DNA of 64,000 nt from Nitrospirota bacterium (lineage in GTDB: Bacteria; Nitrospirota; UBA9217), in contig OY760142.1 in the NCBI GenBank assembly GCA_963663225.1, positions 3,191,002 through 3,255,001 of the forward strand, in the 5' to 3' direction. Below, piece after piece: positions 1-11,785 of the stretch (positions within the stretch are counted from its first letter, which is position 1; each line of letters begins with the position of its first letter). The notes under the pieces are model-generated. The model was not told the origin of the DNA, made no database searches, and saw nothing but the letters and a program-made list of their open reading frames with translations. Position numbers and translations under genes: made by a program.

Positions 1-2
1 GT

Positions 3-536
3 CTTGTCGCACGTTGCACCGGCGCCACCTATCAGGAGATCAAAGAACTGAATCCGGAACTGCGGCGATGGGTGACCCCTCCTGGCTTCGAAAAATACAC
101 GTTGCGCATTCCGGCCGGAAAAAAAGAACTGTTCCTTGCAAATTTTGCGGCCATTCCTCCCGAACAAAAAATCAAGTGGGAGCGGCATGAGGTTAAAAAG
201 GGAGAGACCCTGTCTCAGATTGCAAATCAGTACAACACGGTTCCCGAAGCGATCCGGGACATTAACGGGCTTAAGAAAAACCGCGTGTCACCAGGCAAAC
301 ACTTGCTGATTCCGGTGGACCTTAACGGAAAACAGGATGTCAGCTACCTGACAACAGTTGAAGGCGGGAAACGACAGCAGATCCTTTATCGGGTACGACG
401 GGGCGAAACAATCACAAAAGTTGCCCAAAAACATAATGTAAGTGTTGCCGACATTCGGGAGTGGAACAAGGGCCTCGGTAAATCCCTGCGGGCAGGACAG
501 AAAATCAAGCTGGTTGTTGACACTGACAACATCTGA
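3..536 (+). CDS. mltD: LysM-containing lytic transglycosylase (MltD-like), C-terminal part; 5' end outside window
   Basis: Frame is open from base 3 (LVARCTGATYQEIKELNPELRRWVTPP). It has the LNP motif and two LysM repeats (HEVKKGETLSQIA, YRVRRGETITKVA). Confidence 0.8.
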   Translation, partial: LVARCTGATYQEIKELNPELRRWVTPPGFEKYTLRIPAGKKELFLANFAAIPPEQKIKWERHEVKKGETLSQIANQYNTVPEAIRDINGLKKNRVSPGKHLLIPVDLNGKQDVSYLTTVEGGKRQQILYRVRRGETITKVAQKHNVSVADIREWNKGLGKSLRAGQKIKLVVDTDNI

Positions 537-738
537 CAGGAAGCGAACAGCAACTCAGCAAGTACTCAACGCTTCATACTGCATCAATTGCTTTATCTAA
601 GCCAGAACTCAAGACCTTCGCATTCATCACTCGACCCTCCTGCTCTCCGCAATGACCGCGAGTATGCATTCCTTGTCTGCGTTCAACAGATCGCCCATGA
701 CTGAGGAAATAACCAAGTGCCAGGATGTGATTCCTCTT

Positions 739-1452
739 CTACTTTGCTTCTTTTCCCGTACCGGGAACCGAGAAAGGTACTGCGCTCTGCGTTTTTGTCA
801 TTGCCTCCATGGCCCACGTCGTACCGCCGAGTTTGCTCAGCACCAGTTTGTATTTCTTCTGTGCTTCCGCGATGTTCCCTGTCGTCTCATACAGCTTTGC
901 AAGCTCGATTGTCGAGACGCCGGGACCATTGAGAGACTCTGCCTGCTCCCACGCTTTTATGGCTTCACTCTGGTTATTTAGCCCTTGATAAATATATCCT
1001 ACTCGCTGATATACGAGACCGAGCAGAAATCTGTCTCCTGAATACTGTGAAATGAATTTTTTATATTCCTTGAGAGCCTCGTCTGTCTGGCCCAGATTCA
1101 CGAGACAATTGCCGATATAGTACTGTGCAATCGCTCCATTCACGGTACTGGGATATTTTTGCTGCACATCGCGAAAAAGACCGAGGGCTTTTTGATAGTC
1201 GGGAACGGTCCCGGCCGAAGGACGATAATATTCATATGCCGCGGAAACGAGTGGCGATGCATTCTTCTCCTGCACTGAGCGCAGCACCAGATACCCCGCC
1301 GCAATCAGAAATACCGCGATAACAGACAGGCAAGCAACAAGCAACTGCTTTTTATAGGTTATCGCAAAATCGGTAATCCGGTGGGCAATGGTCATGAATT
1401 CCTGATTAGGCTGTTTTTTTGCATTATTATCTCTTTTTTTGATCGTCGGCAT
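739..1452 (-). CDS. Membrane-anchored TPR protein (YfgM-like)
   Basis: One TM helix followed by TPR-like helices. Start moved to ATG 1452, which follows a GGAGG SD. Confidence 0.7.
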   Translation of the reverse strand: MPTIKKRDNNAKKQPNQEFMTIAHRITDFAITYKKQLLVACLSVIAVFLIAAGYLVLRSVQEKNASPLVSAAYEYYRPSAGTVPDYQKALGLFRDVQQKYPSTVNGAIAQYYIGNCLVNLGQTDEALKEYKKFISQYSGDRFLLGLVYQRVGYIYQGLNNQSEAIKAWEQAESLNGPGVSTIELAKLYETTGNIAEAQKKYKLVLSKLGGTTWAMEAMTKTQSAVPFSVPGTGKEAK

Positions 1453-1518
1453 GAATCTCCTCCCAAGAAATTGGCGGTTTGCAGGATGCGGATTAAGTGG
1501 CAGCAATCCCTGGCTACA

Positions 1519-2181
1519 TCATTGCTTCCAAGCAGCAAGTGCTTTTGCTGCCAATTTTTTTGAGTTTTGAAGAACAGTCAAAATTGCAGTGCGGTCCAGA
1601 CCGGCTCCGAGCAGAATTCTCTGCGCCTGTTCATCGGTAATAAGATCTCCGGGCTCGTGGGTGTCCGTATCGATGACAAGCTTTGCCCCGGTCTCCAAGG
1701 CCAGTTTCGCCACATGGCCATTGGACAAACTGTGGCCCTTGCGGGACGTGATCTCGAGGTGGACACCGTTCCGCGCGGCCAGTTCAGCTTCGTCTCCGCT
1801 CAGAAGGCCGGGATGAGCAAGGATATCCACACCCGCCTCGATTGCCGCCCGATTCGTTCCCGGATGCACGGGTTCAACAAGCGTTTCGCCATGCGCAACA
1901 ACAACAACGGCGCCAAGAGAGCGTGACCGCTCCACAAGCTCACCGAACGTTTCCGGCGGAATGTGAGTAAGCTCGATTCCGGGCAGGGCCGTTATGTTCC
2001 ATCGCCGGTTCAGCTCCCTGCATGCAGCCGTGACGCGTGGAATGATAAAATCAAAGTTTGACGCGTCCGCATGATCGGTAATCGCTATTACTTCATAACC
2101 GTGGATGACCGCCCGGCGGACCAGTTCCGACGGAACCAGCACTCCGTCACTGAAAAAAGAATGCGTGTGGAGATCGATCAT
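1519..2181 (-). CDS. PHP-domain phosphoesterase (histidinol-phosphatase-like)
   Basis: DLHTHS, ITDH, GIE, AHP and DTH metal-ligand motifs. Confidence 0.85.
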   Translation of the reverse strand: MIDLHTHSFFSDGVLVPSELVRRAVIHGYEVIAITDHADASNFDFIIPRVTAACRELNRRWNITALPGIELTHIPPETFGELVERSRSLGAVVVVAHGETLVEPVHPGTNRAAIEAGVDILAHPGLLSGDEAELAARNGVHLEITSRKGHSLSNGHVAKLALETGAKLVIDTDTHEPGDLITDEQAQRILLGAGLDRTAILTVLQNSKKLAAKALAAWKQ

Positions 2182-2211
2182 GGCAACACCTCGGGTGCAG
2201 CGTGACTGGCA

Positions 2212-3165
2212 TTATTTTGAAGCGATTGAAAACTTTTTCCCCTGGTAACTTCCGCGCTGCTCCATATAGAGATCCAGGTCTTTGAGCAACTGATAGCGCG
2301 TTTTGTGCCAAAGGGGTGCGATCAGGATGTCATCCGGTGCTGCGGCAAACAGCCTCTGCAAAACAATGTCCGGAGAAAGCCGTTCCAGAAAATCTGCGAG
2401 CATTTCTATCCATGCATGATAACCGAATGTCGAAAAAGGCTCCCTGGCAAAAACATCAGCCAGAGCCGTATGCTGCACCACCTGGAGCTGATGTATCTTG
2501 AGAAATTCGAGCGGCAGCCGGGAGAGCGCATCCGCCATGCCGAGCATTTCCTCCCGCGTCTCGGTGGGAAAACCCAGAATAAGGTGTGCGCCGACCCGGA
2601 TTCCTTTTCCGGTGGTCATCGAAAGGGCGTTTTGAAAGCACTCCCACGTATGGCCCCGGTTTATAAATGCCAGCGTTTTGTCGTAAATCGACTGGAGTCC
2701 GTATTCTACAAGGATAAAATAGTCTTTGGCAAGTTCTTCAAGAAGCGCTATTTTTTCCGCATCAATACAGTCCGGTCGTGTCCCGATGGCAAGCCCGAGT
2801 ACATCGGGATTATCCAATGCCTCCCGATACAGCGTTGCAAGCGTTTCTACCGTCGCATACGTATTTGAGTATGGCTGAAAATATACGATAAACTTCTCAG
2901 CTCCGTAGCGGGAGCGAAGATACGGGACGCCTCTCTCGATTTGCTTCCGGATGGATTCAGCGCTTGAACATGCTTCAGGTCTGAAGCTGTCGTTATTACA
3001 GTAAATGCAGCCGCCTGATGCGACCGTACCGTCGCGATTAGGGCAGGTAAACCCCGCGTCTACATTGACCTTGTAAACCGCCTTGCCATATATATCTTTC
3101 ATGTACTGCCCGAAGGCTTTATAATGTCTTGATGCAGTTTTTTTGTTAAATTCAGCTACTTTCAT
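2212..3165 (-). CDS. Radical SAM protein, YhcC/TIGR01212 family
   Basis: GFTCPNRDG...GGCIYC Cys motif, YFQ.Y.NTY, GTRPDC, K.HQL. Confidence 0.9.
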   Translation of the reverse strand: MKVAEFNKKTASRHYKAFGQYMKDIYGKAVYKVNVDAGFTCPNRDGTVASGGCIYCNNDSFRPEACSSAESIRKQIERGVPYLRSRYGAEKFIVYFQPYSNTYATVETLATLYREALDNPDVLGLAIGTRPDCIDAEKIALLEELAKDYFILVEYGLQSIYDKTLAFINRGHTWECFQNALSMTTGKGIRVGAHLILGFPTETREEMLGMADALSRLPLEFLKIHQLQVVQHTALADVFAREPFSTFGYHAWIEMLADFLERLSPDIVLQRLFAAAPDDILIAPLWHKTRYQLLKDLDLYMEQRGSYQGKKFSIASK

Positions 3166-3386
3166 GACAACATCTATATTGATTCCGCAATCATAACCGC
3201 CGGGGCCGCTTCAAGTGCAATCCTGCGATTTGAAGTCTCAATAATCCTTATCGCTTATTTGTTGATGAAACACTATACCAGAGGAGAAACAAAAAATCCA
3301 GAATGGAATTAAGTAGTTCAGCTCCGGAGTATAGAAAAAATTGCTGCACTCTTCGAACTCATCCGAAGCGTTCAGATGGCATCCGA

Positions 3387-4883
3387 TTACAACTCAAATA
3401 TTCTGCTGGCTCTAATAAAGCGTTTTAAATAATACTTTTCGTACAGGTTGCTCTTTGTCACGCCGGTTCTGCTGCTTGCATGGGCAAAAATACCATCACC
3501 CAGGTAAACGCCTACGTGAGAAACACGACCTCTGGTTGAGGAATCGAAAAAAAGCAGATCTCCCGGCTGGATACCGGACTCATCGACACTGAATCCGACA
3601 AGTGACTGACCCATGGTGCTTCTGGGAAGTTCAATATTCTGGGCGCGGTAGATTCTTCTCGTAAACGCAGAGCAATCCAACCCTTTATTGGAATCACCGC
3701 CGTAGCGATAGGGAACGCCAAGAAACTGCTCCACGATTGCGTTCAGCTTGTCCAAATCGAGCTGGCCTTTTTTTGCGTCCGTGGCGATGGATCGCCCCAT
3801 GTCCTCCAGTTGTTTTTTCCGAAGGGCCCGCCGTTCCCGGATTCTTTGCAGTTTCTCTTGCTCAAACGCAGTCAACTCGGCTTCAAGGGCTTTTTGCTCT
3901 GTTGCGAGTTGAATTGATTCGGCATGTGCAGTTTTCAGATGCGATTCAAGCTGCCTGATAATATTTTCTTGGGCGATTCTTGCGGCGTGTTCGCCCTCGC
4001 TTCTGCCCTGCTGCAGCAGTTTTTCTTCTGCCGCAGCTTTTTCGTTTTCTTTTTGCTTCGTGTCCGCTGCCGACAGCTGCAGTCGGCTCTCCAGCTGTCT
4101 CCTGCGCTCTTGTTTAGCGAGCATTTCCTGTTCTTTCGGAGTCAGTGGCTTCCATTTTTTAGGTTCTCTTTTTCGTACAAATTTGACCGCGTCCAGCGCC
4201 AGCTGGTCCGGGCTTTTTTTCTTCAATTTCCCCCTTTTTACGTCGCGCATAATGCGCAGGGCGACTTTGCGCGGCGTCAAACCACGTTCAACACCGTAAA
4301 TCAAACCACGGGAGAGCCCCAGTATTGACGCCGGTTTCCAGGCATCGTCAAGGGCACGGGCAATGAACCCTTCCGCAATATCCTGAGGCACATCCGAATT
4401 ATGAAAATCCTGGAGCGCTTTTGCGGCTGCAACCAGACTATCGGCAGGTACGGCCGCATATACAATAATATCCAGCATCTGCTCCACATATTCCAGCGGA
4501 GCGCCCCGCTTTGAAGATTCGTAAACAAGGCCGATAACTTCAACAGTTTTTTCTTCGGTAACATTTTCAAAATCAGCCTTTCTGACCACTTTTTCTACAA
4601 TTTTCAAAAAAACAGGGCTGAATCTTTTGTCCGAATCCGGTGAAAACCTGATAAGAAGCAGATTCTTTATCTTTTCTTTTTTGAGCCGAACGCATTCCTT
4701 ATCGAGCACTGCATTTATTTCGGCCATCTCCTTGCCGGTGTCGGAGTAACCAGTTGCCGGAAGAGAAAAAGACGCTATGCAGCAAAAAAGGAGAATGCTC
4801 CTAAAAATTGTTCTTGTAAAAACCGCTTTCATACTCTTTACTGTATTCCCTCCCCGAAGAGCCGGAGGCCTCTCTGTCACCAT
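3387..4883 (-). CDS. Secreted NlpC/P60 (C40) peptidase with long helical and coiled-coil N-terminal region
   Basis: C-terminal LGVPYRYGG, GLDCSAF, LPRS, PGDLLFF, HVGVY and HASS motifs; signal-like segment near the N-terminus. Start is uncertain. Confidence 0.85.
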   Translation of the reverse strand: MVTERPPALRGGNTVKSMKAVFTRTIFRSILLFCCIASFSLPATGYSDTGKEMAEINAVLDKECVRLKKEKIKNLLLIRFSPDSDKRFSPVFLKIVEKVVRKADFENVTEEKTVEVIGLVYESSKRGAPLEYVEQMLDIIVYAAVPADSLVAAAKALQDFHNSDVPQDIAEGFIARALDDAWKPASILGLSRGLIYGVERGLTPRKVALRIMRDVKRGKLKKKSPDQLALDAVKFVRKREPKKWKPLTPKEQEMLAKQERRRQLESRLQLSAADTKQKENEKAAAEEKLLQQGRSEGEHAARIAQENIIRQLESHLKTAHAESIQLATEQKALEAELTAFEQEKLQRIRERRALRKKQLEDMGRSIATDAKKGQLDLDKLNAIVEQFLGVPYRYGGDSNKGLDCSAFTRRIYRAQNIELPRSTMGQSLVGFSVDESGIQPGDLLFFDSSTRGRVSHVGVYLGDGIFAHASSRTGVTKSNLYEKYYLKRFIRASRIFEL

Positions 4884-4922
4884 GATCCACGTCAGGCATC
4901 AAGTCTGTAAGACTACGCAGCA

Positions 4923-5777
4923 TTACGTTGTAAATCGCTTATCCCGCAACGACAGCACCGTTTTCAAATTTCGCGGGTCATCTTCTTCCGTTTTCTTTGG
5001 AGTTTCCATAATCATCGGAATATCCCGGAACGTTGGATGATTCAGCAATATCCTAAACCCTTCCAGACCTATAGTTCCTTCGCCGATATGCCAGTGGCGG
5101 TCCACATGCGAACCGAGGTCGCGGAGGCAATCATTCAGATGCATCCCTTTGAGGCGTTTCAGGCTCACTGTTGTATCAATTTTTTTCGCGAGAGCATCAA
5201 CATCCTTGTCGGATCTGATATCGTATCCTGCGGCAAAACCATGGCAGGTATCATAGCAGATACCGATGCAGGAAGAATCATTGAGATGCGCTATCACGTC
5301 CTGCACCTGCTCGAGAGTGTACCCTACATCCCCTGCCTCGCCTGCCGTATTTTCCAGGAGGATGGTCGCGCGGGGTGGATGCAATCTCATCGCCATGTTC
5401 AGGGCGGCCGCCACCCGGTCAACCATCCAGGTCGGCTCTTTGCCGCTGGCCGAACCGAGGTGCGTAACCAGATATTCTGCCCCGAGATGCTCGGTCCGTT
5501 CAAGGTCGATGACAAACTGCTCGATCGATTTTTCGTACAGGTCCGGCCGGGAGGAAGCAAGATTGATCAGGTAATTTGTATGGACAAAAACAGGGGCGAT
5601 GTCCCATTGATTGCGGAGCTTTTTAAATTCTGCGATATCGTCCGTGTCAAGCGGCTTGATCGTCCATCCGCGGGGATTGCGGCAGAATATCTGCATCGCG
5701 GAACAGCCGAGGTCGTACGCACGCTCAACGGATTTGGAAAATCCGCCGCTGATCGATACATGAAAACCAAGACGCAC
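4923..5777 (-). CDS. nfo: Endonuclease IV
   Basis: GFHVSISGG, H..YLINLAS, LENTAG, DTCH, HLND, DRH..IG and ETP motifs. Confidence 0.95.
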   Translation of the reverse strand: MRLGFHVSISGGFSKSVERAYDLGCSAMQIFCRNPRGWTIKPLDTDDIAEFKKLRNQWDIAPVFVHTNYLINLASSRPDLYEKSIEQFVIDLERTEHLGAEYLVTHLGSASGKEPTWMVDRVAAALNMAMRLHPPRATILLENTAGEAGDVGYTLEQVQDVIAHLNDSSCIGICYDTCHGFAAGYDIRSDKDVDALAKKIDTTVSLKRLKGMHLNDCLRDLGSHVDRHWHIGEGTIGLEGFRILLNHPTFRDIPMIMETPKKTEEDDPRNLKTVLSLRDKRFTT

Positions 5778-5778
5778 G

Positions 5779-7806
<2,028 letters not shown>

Positions 7807-7851
7807 TCATTGCAACCGGGGCCGGACTCAACCGCTCCTTTGGACAGCGCG

Positions 7852-9237
7852 CTACTCGCTGCTTTTTTCCTCCAGGTGGTAGTCCTTGATTTTCGTAAGG
7901 AGTGTTTTGTAGCTCACTTGAAGAATTTCCGCCGCGCGGGTTTTATTCCCGTTTGTCTGCCTGAGCACCTGCCTGATACGGCGGGATTCTGTGATACGGA
8001 CCGCTGCTTCGGCAACCGCCTGCAGAGGACCGTCCATCGGCACGTTCTCGGCCAGCGTTTCGCGGATATTCGACTCGCTGATACCGAGGTCCTGGCTGCG
8101 AATCGTCCCTCCATCGGCGTGAATGACGGCCCGTTCCATCACATTCTCAAGTTCCCGCACGTTTCCTTTCCAGCGGTATTTCGTCAGAATATCCATGGCT
8201 TCATCAGAAACGGAAAGAGGTCCCTTCCGGACTTCCGCGGAGAATTTGTTCAGAAAATGCTGAGCGAGCATCTTGATGTCCTCACGCCGGTCCCGAAGAG
8301 GCGGAATGGTGATCGGAAATACATTCAAACGATAGTACAGATCATCACGAAAAAGCTTCTCTTCAACCGCTTTTTCGATGTTTTTATTCGTAGCCGCAAT
8401 GATTCTCACATCGATCTTGATTGGCTTGTTACCTCCAACACGCTCAATCACCTGATCCTGCAGGACCCGCAGGACCTTCGCCTGAAGAGCAAGATCCATG
8501 TCTCCGATCTCGTCCAGAAATACCGTGCCCTTGTCCGCCAGCTCAAGCTTTCCGAGCTTGCGCGCATCAGCCCCCGTAAACGCACCGCGTTCATAACCGA
8601 ACAATTCGCTTTCAAGCAGTTCCTTCGGGATGGCGGCCGAATTAATGGCAATAAACGGTCCATTCTTGCGCTGGCTCAGGCAATGCACAGCGCGAGCGAA
8701 CAGTTCCTTTCCGGTCCCGCTCTCTCCATGCAACAATACGGTCGCATTGGTCGGAGCGACTTTTTGTATATTTGCGGTGATCTCCTGCATGTGCGCGCTT
8801 TTTCCGATAATCGTCGGAAACCCGATCCGGTCGGCGAATTCTTCCCGCAGAAGAATATTTTCCGTCGCCAGGCGGGAGGCATCCAACGCCCGCTTTATTA
8901 GCAGCAACAGATGGTCGGTATCAAAAGGCTTCGTCAGGAAATCATACGCTCCCTGCTTCACGGCCTTGACCGCGGTCTCGATGGTGCCGAAAGCGGTCAT
9001 GACGATGACGGGCAGGAGCGGATGTTCATCTTTTGCTGCCTTGAGGACTTCAAAACCGTCCTTTTTCGGCAGTTTGATGTCAGTCAGCACCAGACCGACC
9101 CGCTCATTTGCCAGTTTCTTAATGCCTTCCGCGCCGTCCCTGGCGGCCACGACAAAATACCCCTCCGCCTCAAGCGTCTGCTTCAGCATGTCAAGCATGC
9201 TCTCTTTATCTTCTATAACGAGGATTGTATCCGCCAT
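7852..9237 (-). CDS. Sigma54-dependent response regulator (NtrC/PilR-like)
   Basis: Receiver domain, GESGTGKE, GAFTGA, FRDDLYYRLNV, C-terminal Fis-type HTH. Confidence 0.93.
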   Translation of the reverse strand: MADTILVIEDKESMLDMLKQTLEAEGYFVVAARDGAEGIKKLANERVGLVLTDIKLPKKDGFEVLKAAKDEHPLLPVIVMTAFGTIETAVKAVKQGAYDFLTKPFDTDHLLLLIKRALDASRLATENILLREEFADRIGFPTIIGKSAHMQEITANIQKVAPTNATVLLHGESGTGKELFARAVHCLSQRKNGPFIAINSAAIPKELLESELFGYERGAFTGADARKLGKLELADKGTVFLDEIGDMDLALQAKVLRVLQDQVIERVGGNKPIKIDVRIIAATNKNIEKAVEEKLFRDDLYYRLNVFPITIPPLRDRREDIKMLAQHFLNKFSAEVRKGPLSVSDEAMDILTKYRWKGNVRELENVMERAVIHADGGTIRSQDLGISESNIRETLAENVPMDGPLQAVAEAAVRITESRRIRQVLRQTNGNKTRAAEILQVSYKTLLTKIKDYHLEEKSSE

Positions 9238-9244
9238 AACTACA

Positions 9245-10504
9245 TTACCTTAAGGGAAGAATGACCCTGAATGCCGTCCCTTTTCCTTCGCTGCTTTCCA
9301 CAGCGATCCGGCCGCCATGAGACAGAACGATCTTGTGTACAAGGGCAAGGCCGAGTCCGGTCCCTTTTTCCTTCGTTGTATAGAACGGAAGGAATATTTT
9401 CTTGATGTTTTCCGGGGGGATCCCTATGCCTGTATCGCGAATAGAAATTTTCAGTTCTCTTTTTTTTTCGACCTCAATCGTAAGCGTCCCGCCGTCCGGC
9501 ATTGCCTCGATTGCGTTTTGAATCAGATTCGTAAACGCCTGCTTCATCAGCACTTCGTCAACACCTGTTTCCACATCATCCAGCTTCAAATCGGTCGTAA
9601 TGCGGGAATCCGCGCCGGTCGCCTGCAGTGCGGCGGCAAGACAGTTTTCGAGCATTTCGCGAATATTGACTTTGACTCGGTTCAGGGAAGCCGGACGCGC
9701 GAACGTCAACAAGTCCCCGATGATCCGGTTCATGCCGCTCACTTCATTCGTAATGTCCCGAATAATGTTCTGGTGTTCCGGCCCCATCTTTTTTGACAGC
9801 AAATTCAGATACCCGCTGATCACCGCCATGGGGTTACGGAGTTCATGTGCGATGCCGGCCGACATCTCGCCGAGTGCGGTCAGCCGCTCCCTGAGTTCCA
9901 TCTGTTCCTGAAGCTGCTTAACCTGGGTAAGGTCTGAAAAAGAGAAGATAACGCCGATTGCCTCTCCGCGCCGGTCCGTCAGCACGACGGTATTGTAGCC
10001 GAGCCAGCGTTTCCCTGAAGGGCAGTCGATCGGAGACTCCATTCTTGCGGACGGCAATCTGGTCTCAAGAGTGTCCTGGATTGTTTTGGATATCTCTCCG
10101 GTGAGGAACAAATCCCGGCACGTTGTGCCGATCACCTGCTCCCGCTTCACGCCGAGGACTTCTTCAGCTGCCCTGTTGATCGTGGTCAGAAGGCAGCTGC
10201 GGTCAAATGTCATTACCCCGCTCGTCACGCACTGGAGGATGTTCTCATTGTAGCTCTCCACGTTTTCTGCGCGCTGCTCCGCCAGCAGCTTGAGGCGCTC
10301 CAGCTCTTTTTCCTTTTCTTTGAGTTGTTTTGTCACTTCATGGAAAGCGCTGATGATGAAAGCAGTCTCGGTAGATTTCTCGCGGGTCTCTTTTTCAACA
10401 CCAAAGCGGCGGCGGTACCGGCGTGCCAGGCTCCAGATGAGCAGTGCTCCCGAAAAAAGAATCAATGCTCCGAGAACCATTATGAGAATGCTATGACCGG
10501 TCAT
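9245..10504 (-). CDS. PAS-domain sensor histidine kinase (PilS/AtoS-like)
   Basis: TM helix, PAS, AHELRNP H-box and N/G1/F/G2 boxes. ATG 10504 overlaps the pilD stop; alternative start is 10528. Confidence 0.9.
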   Translation of the reverse strand: MTGHSILIMVLGALILFSGALLIWSLARRYRRRFGVEKETREKSTETAFIISAFHEVTKQLKEKEKELERLKLLAEQRAENVESYNENILQCVTSGVMTFDRSCLLTTINRAAEEVLGVKREQVIGTTCRDLFLTGEISKTIQDTLETRLPSARMESPIDCPSGKRWLGYNTVVLTDRRGEAIGVIFSFSDLTQVKQLQEQMELRERLTALGEMSAGIAHELRNPMAVISGYLNLLSKKMGPEHQNIIRDITNEVSGMNRIIGDLLTFARPASLNRVKVNIREMLENCLAAALQATGADSRITTDLKLDDVETGVDEVLMKQAFTNLIQNAIEAMPDGGTLTIEVEKKRELKISIRDTGIGIPPENIKKIFLPFYTTKEKGTGLGLALVHKIVLSHGGRIAVESSEGKGTAFRVILPLR

Positions 10505-11331
10505 AGTCGGATCAGGCCGAGATACCATGAAATAATATCAGAACTGTAGAAAGCAGTCACCAGGGCGCCGAGCGCCAGAAAAGGCCCGAACGGAATCACT
10601 TTTTCCATGGTTTGGCGTTTCAGTGCTATGAGAAGAAGTCCTGCAACAGATCCGGTGAGAGCGCCGAGCATAATGGTAAGAATAGCCCCCTTCCATCCGA
10701 GGAAACTTCCTACCATGCCCATGAGTTTAACATCTCCTCCGCCCATGGCTTCTACATTGCGAAGTTTTTCCCAGAGCCATCCGATGGCAAAAAGAGGACC
10801 TCCTCCGAGCAGCAAACCGATAAGTGAATTCAGAAACCCTGTAAGGTACGGGCCCGCCTGCGGCAGAACGCGGTCCAGGTGGAACGGAAGAGGATCGCCA
10901 AGCGCCGACATGAAAAACGGTGCAAGAGTAAGCCCCACCAGCATGCCCGGCAGGGTAATGACATCGGGTATGATCTGATGGTCATAATCGATGAAGGTGA
11001 TAACAAGCAGGGAAGAGCAGAAAAGCATGAGCAGAATCGCCTCTCCGCCGATTTGAAACTCACCGACCACCCAGACATACAGAAGTCCGTTCAGAAATTC
11101 AACAAGCGGGTAGCGCCACGATATAGGCTCTTTGCAGTACCGGCACTTGCCCCGAAGCAGAAGAAAGCTGAACAGGGGAATATTGTCATAAAACCGTATC
11201 GGGGACTTGCACCGGGGGCAGTGGGATGGCGGAGAAACAATTGAGCGGCCGCGCGGCAGGCGAAGGATGCAGACGTTCAGAAAACTCCCGATGATGAGAC
11301 CGATAACAAAAACTGCAATGCTCATCATCAT
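10501..11331 (-). CDS. pilD: Type IV prepilin peptidase/N-methyltransferase
   Basis: GSFLNV, CPRC...CRYC Zn motif, ID...IIPD, GGGDVKL, PFGPFL. Confidence 0.95.
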   Translation of the reverse strand: MMMSIAVFVIGLIIGSFLNVCILRLPRGRSIVSPPSHCPRCKSPIRFYDNIPLFSFLLLRGKCRYCKEPISWRYPLVEFLNGLLYVWVVGEFQIGGEAILLMLFCSSLLVITFIDYDHQIIPDVITLPGMLVGLTLAPFFMSALGDPLPFHLDRVLPQAGPYLTGFLNSLIGLLLGGGPLFAIGWLWEKLRNVEAMGGGDVKLMGMVGSFLGWKGAILTIMLGALTGSVAGLLLIALKRQTMEKVIPFGPFLALGALVTAFYSSDIISWYLGLIRL

Positions 11332-11696
11332 AAGGAGGAATCCTCCTTCTGTTTCCTGACCGGTGCGAGCGCTTCTTGTTCTATCCTGATCTCGTTGAGA
11401 AGCTCTTCAACTTCCTTCTTTTGCTCGATCAGCTCGCTCAGCGCGCTGGAAATGGTTTCATCGTTCAACAGTTGCTCGGTGGTCTTGGGAATGTCCCCCC
11501 CGTTTTTCAAATCAACCACTTTCTGGCCTATGACCTGGTATTGACGAGCAATGTCTTTCTGGATGTCGTTAATCTTGATCCGCAGGCGGACAATCGAAAT
11601 TTCCGCCTTCACCCGTTCGGAAAAAACCGCGGCGAACGCGACGATTTTCTGCACGCCTTTCTGCATATTTACAACCGATTTTTCCCAGATTGTCAT
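11328..11696 (-). CDS. Hypothetical coiled-coil protein
   Basis: Stop overlaps the pilD start; helical composition; GAGG SD. Confidence 0.65.
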   Translation of the reverse strand: MTIWEKSVVNMQKGVQKIVAFAAVFSERVKAEISIVRLRIKINDIQKDIARQYQVIGQKVVDLKNGGDIPKTTEQLLNDETISSALSELIEQKKEVEELLNEIRIEQEALAPVRKQKEDSSL

Positions 11697-11785
11697 CTGA
11701 CGACCTCGTGATTGTCTTTCCTTTGGAAAAAAAAGACAATATCCGCCGCACTACGTGCATACTGTATCAGAATACCGCGAAAATA

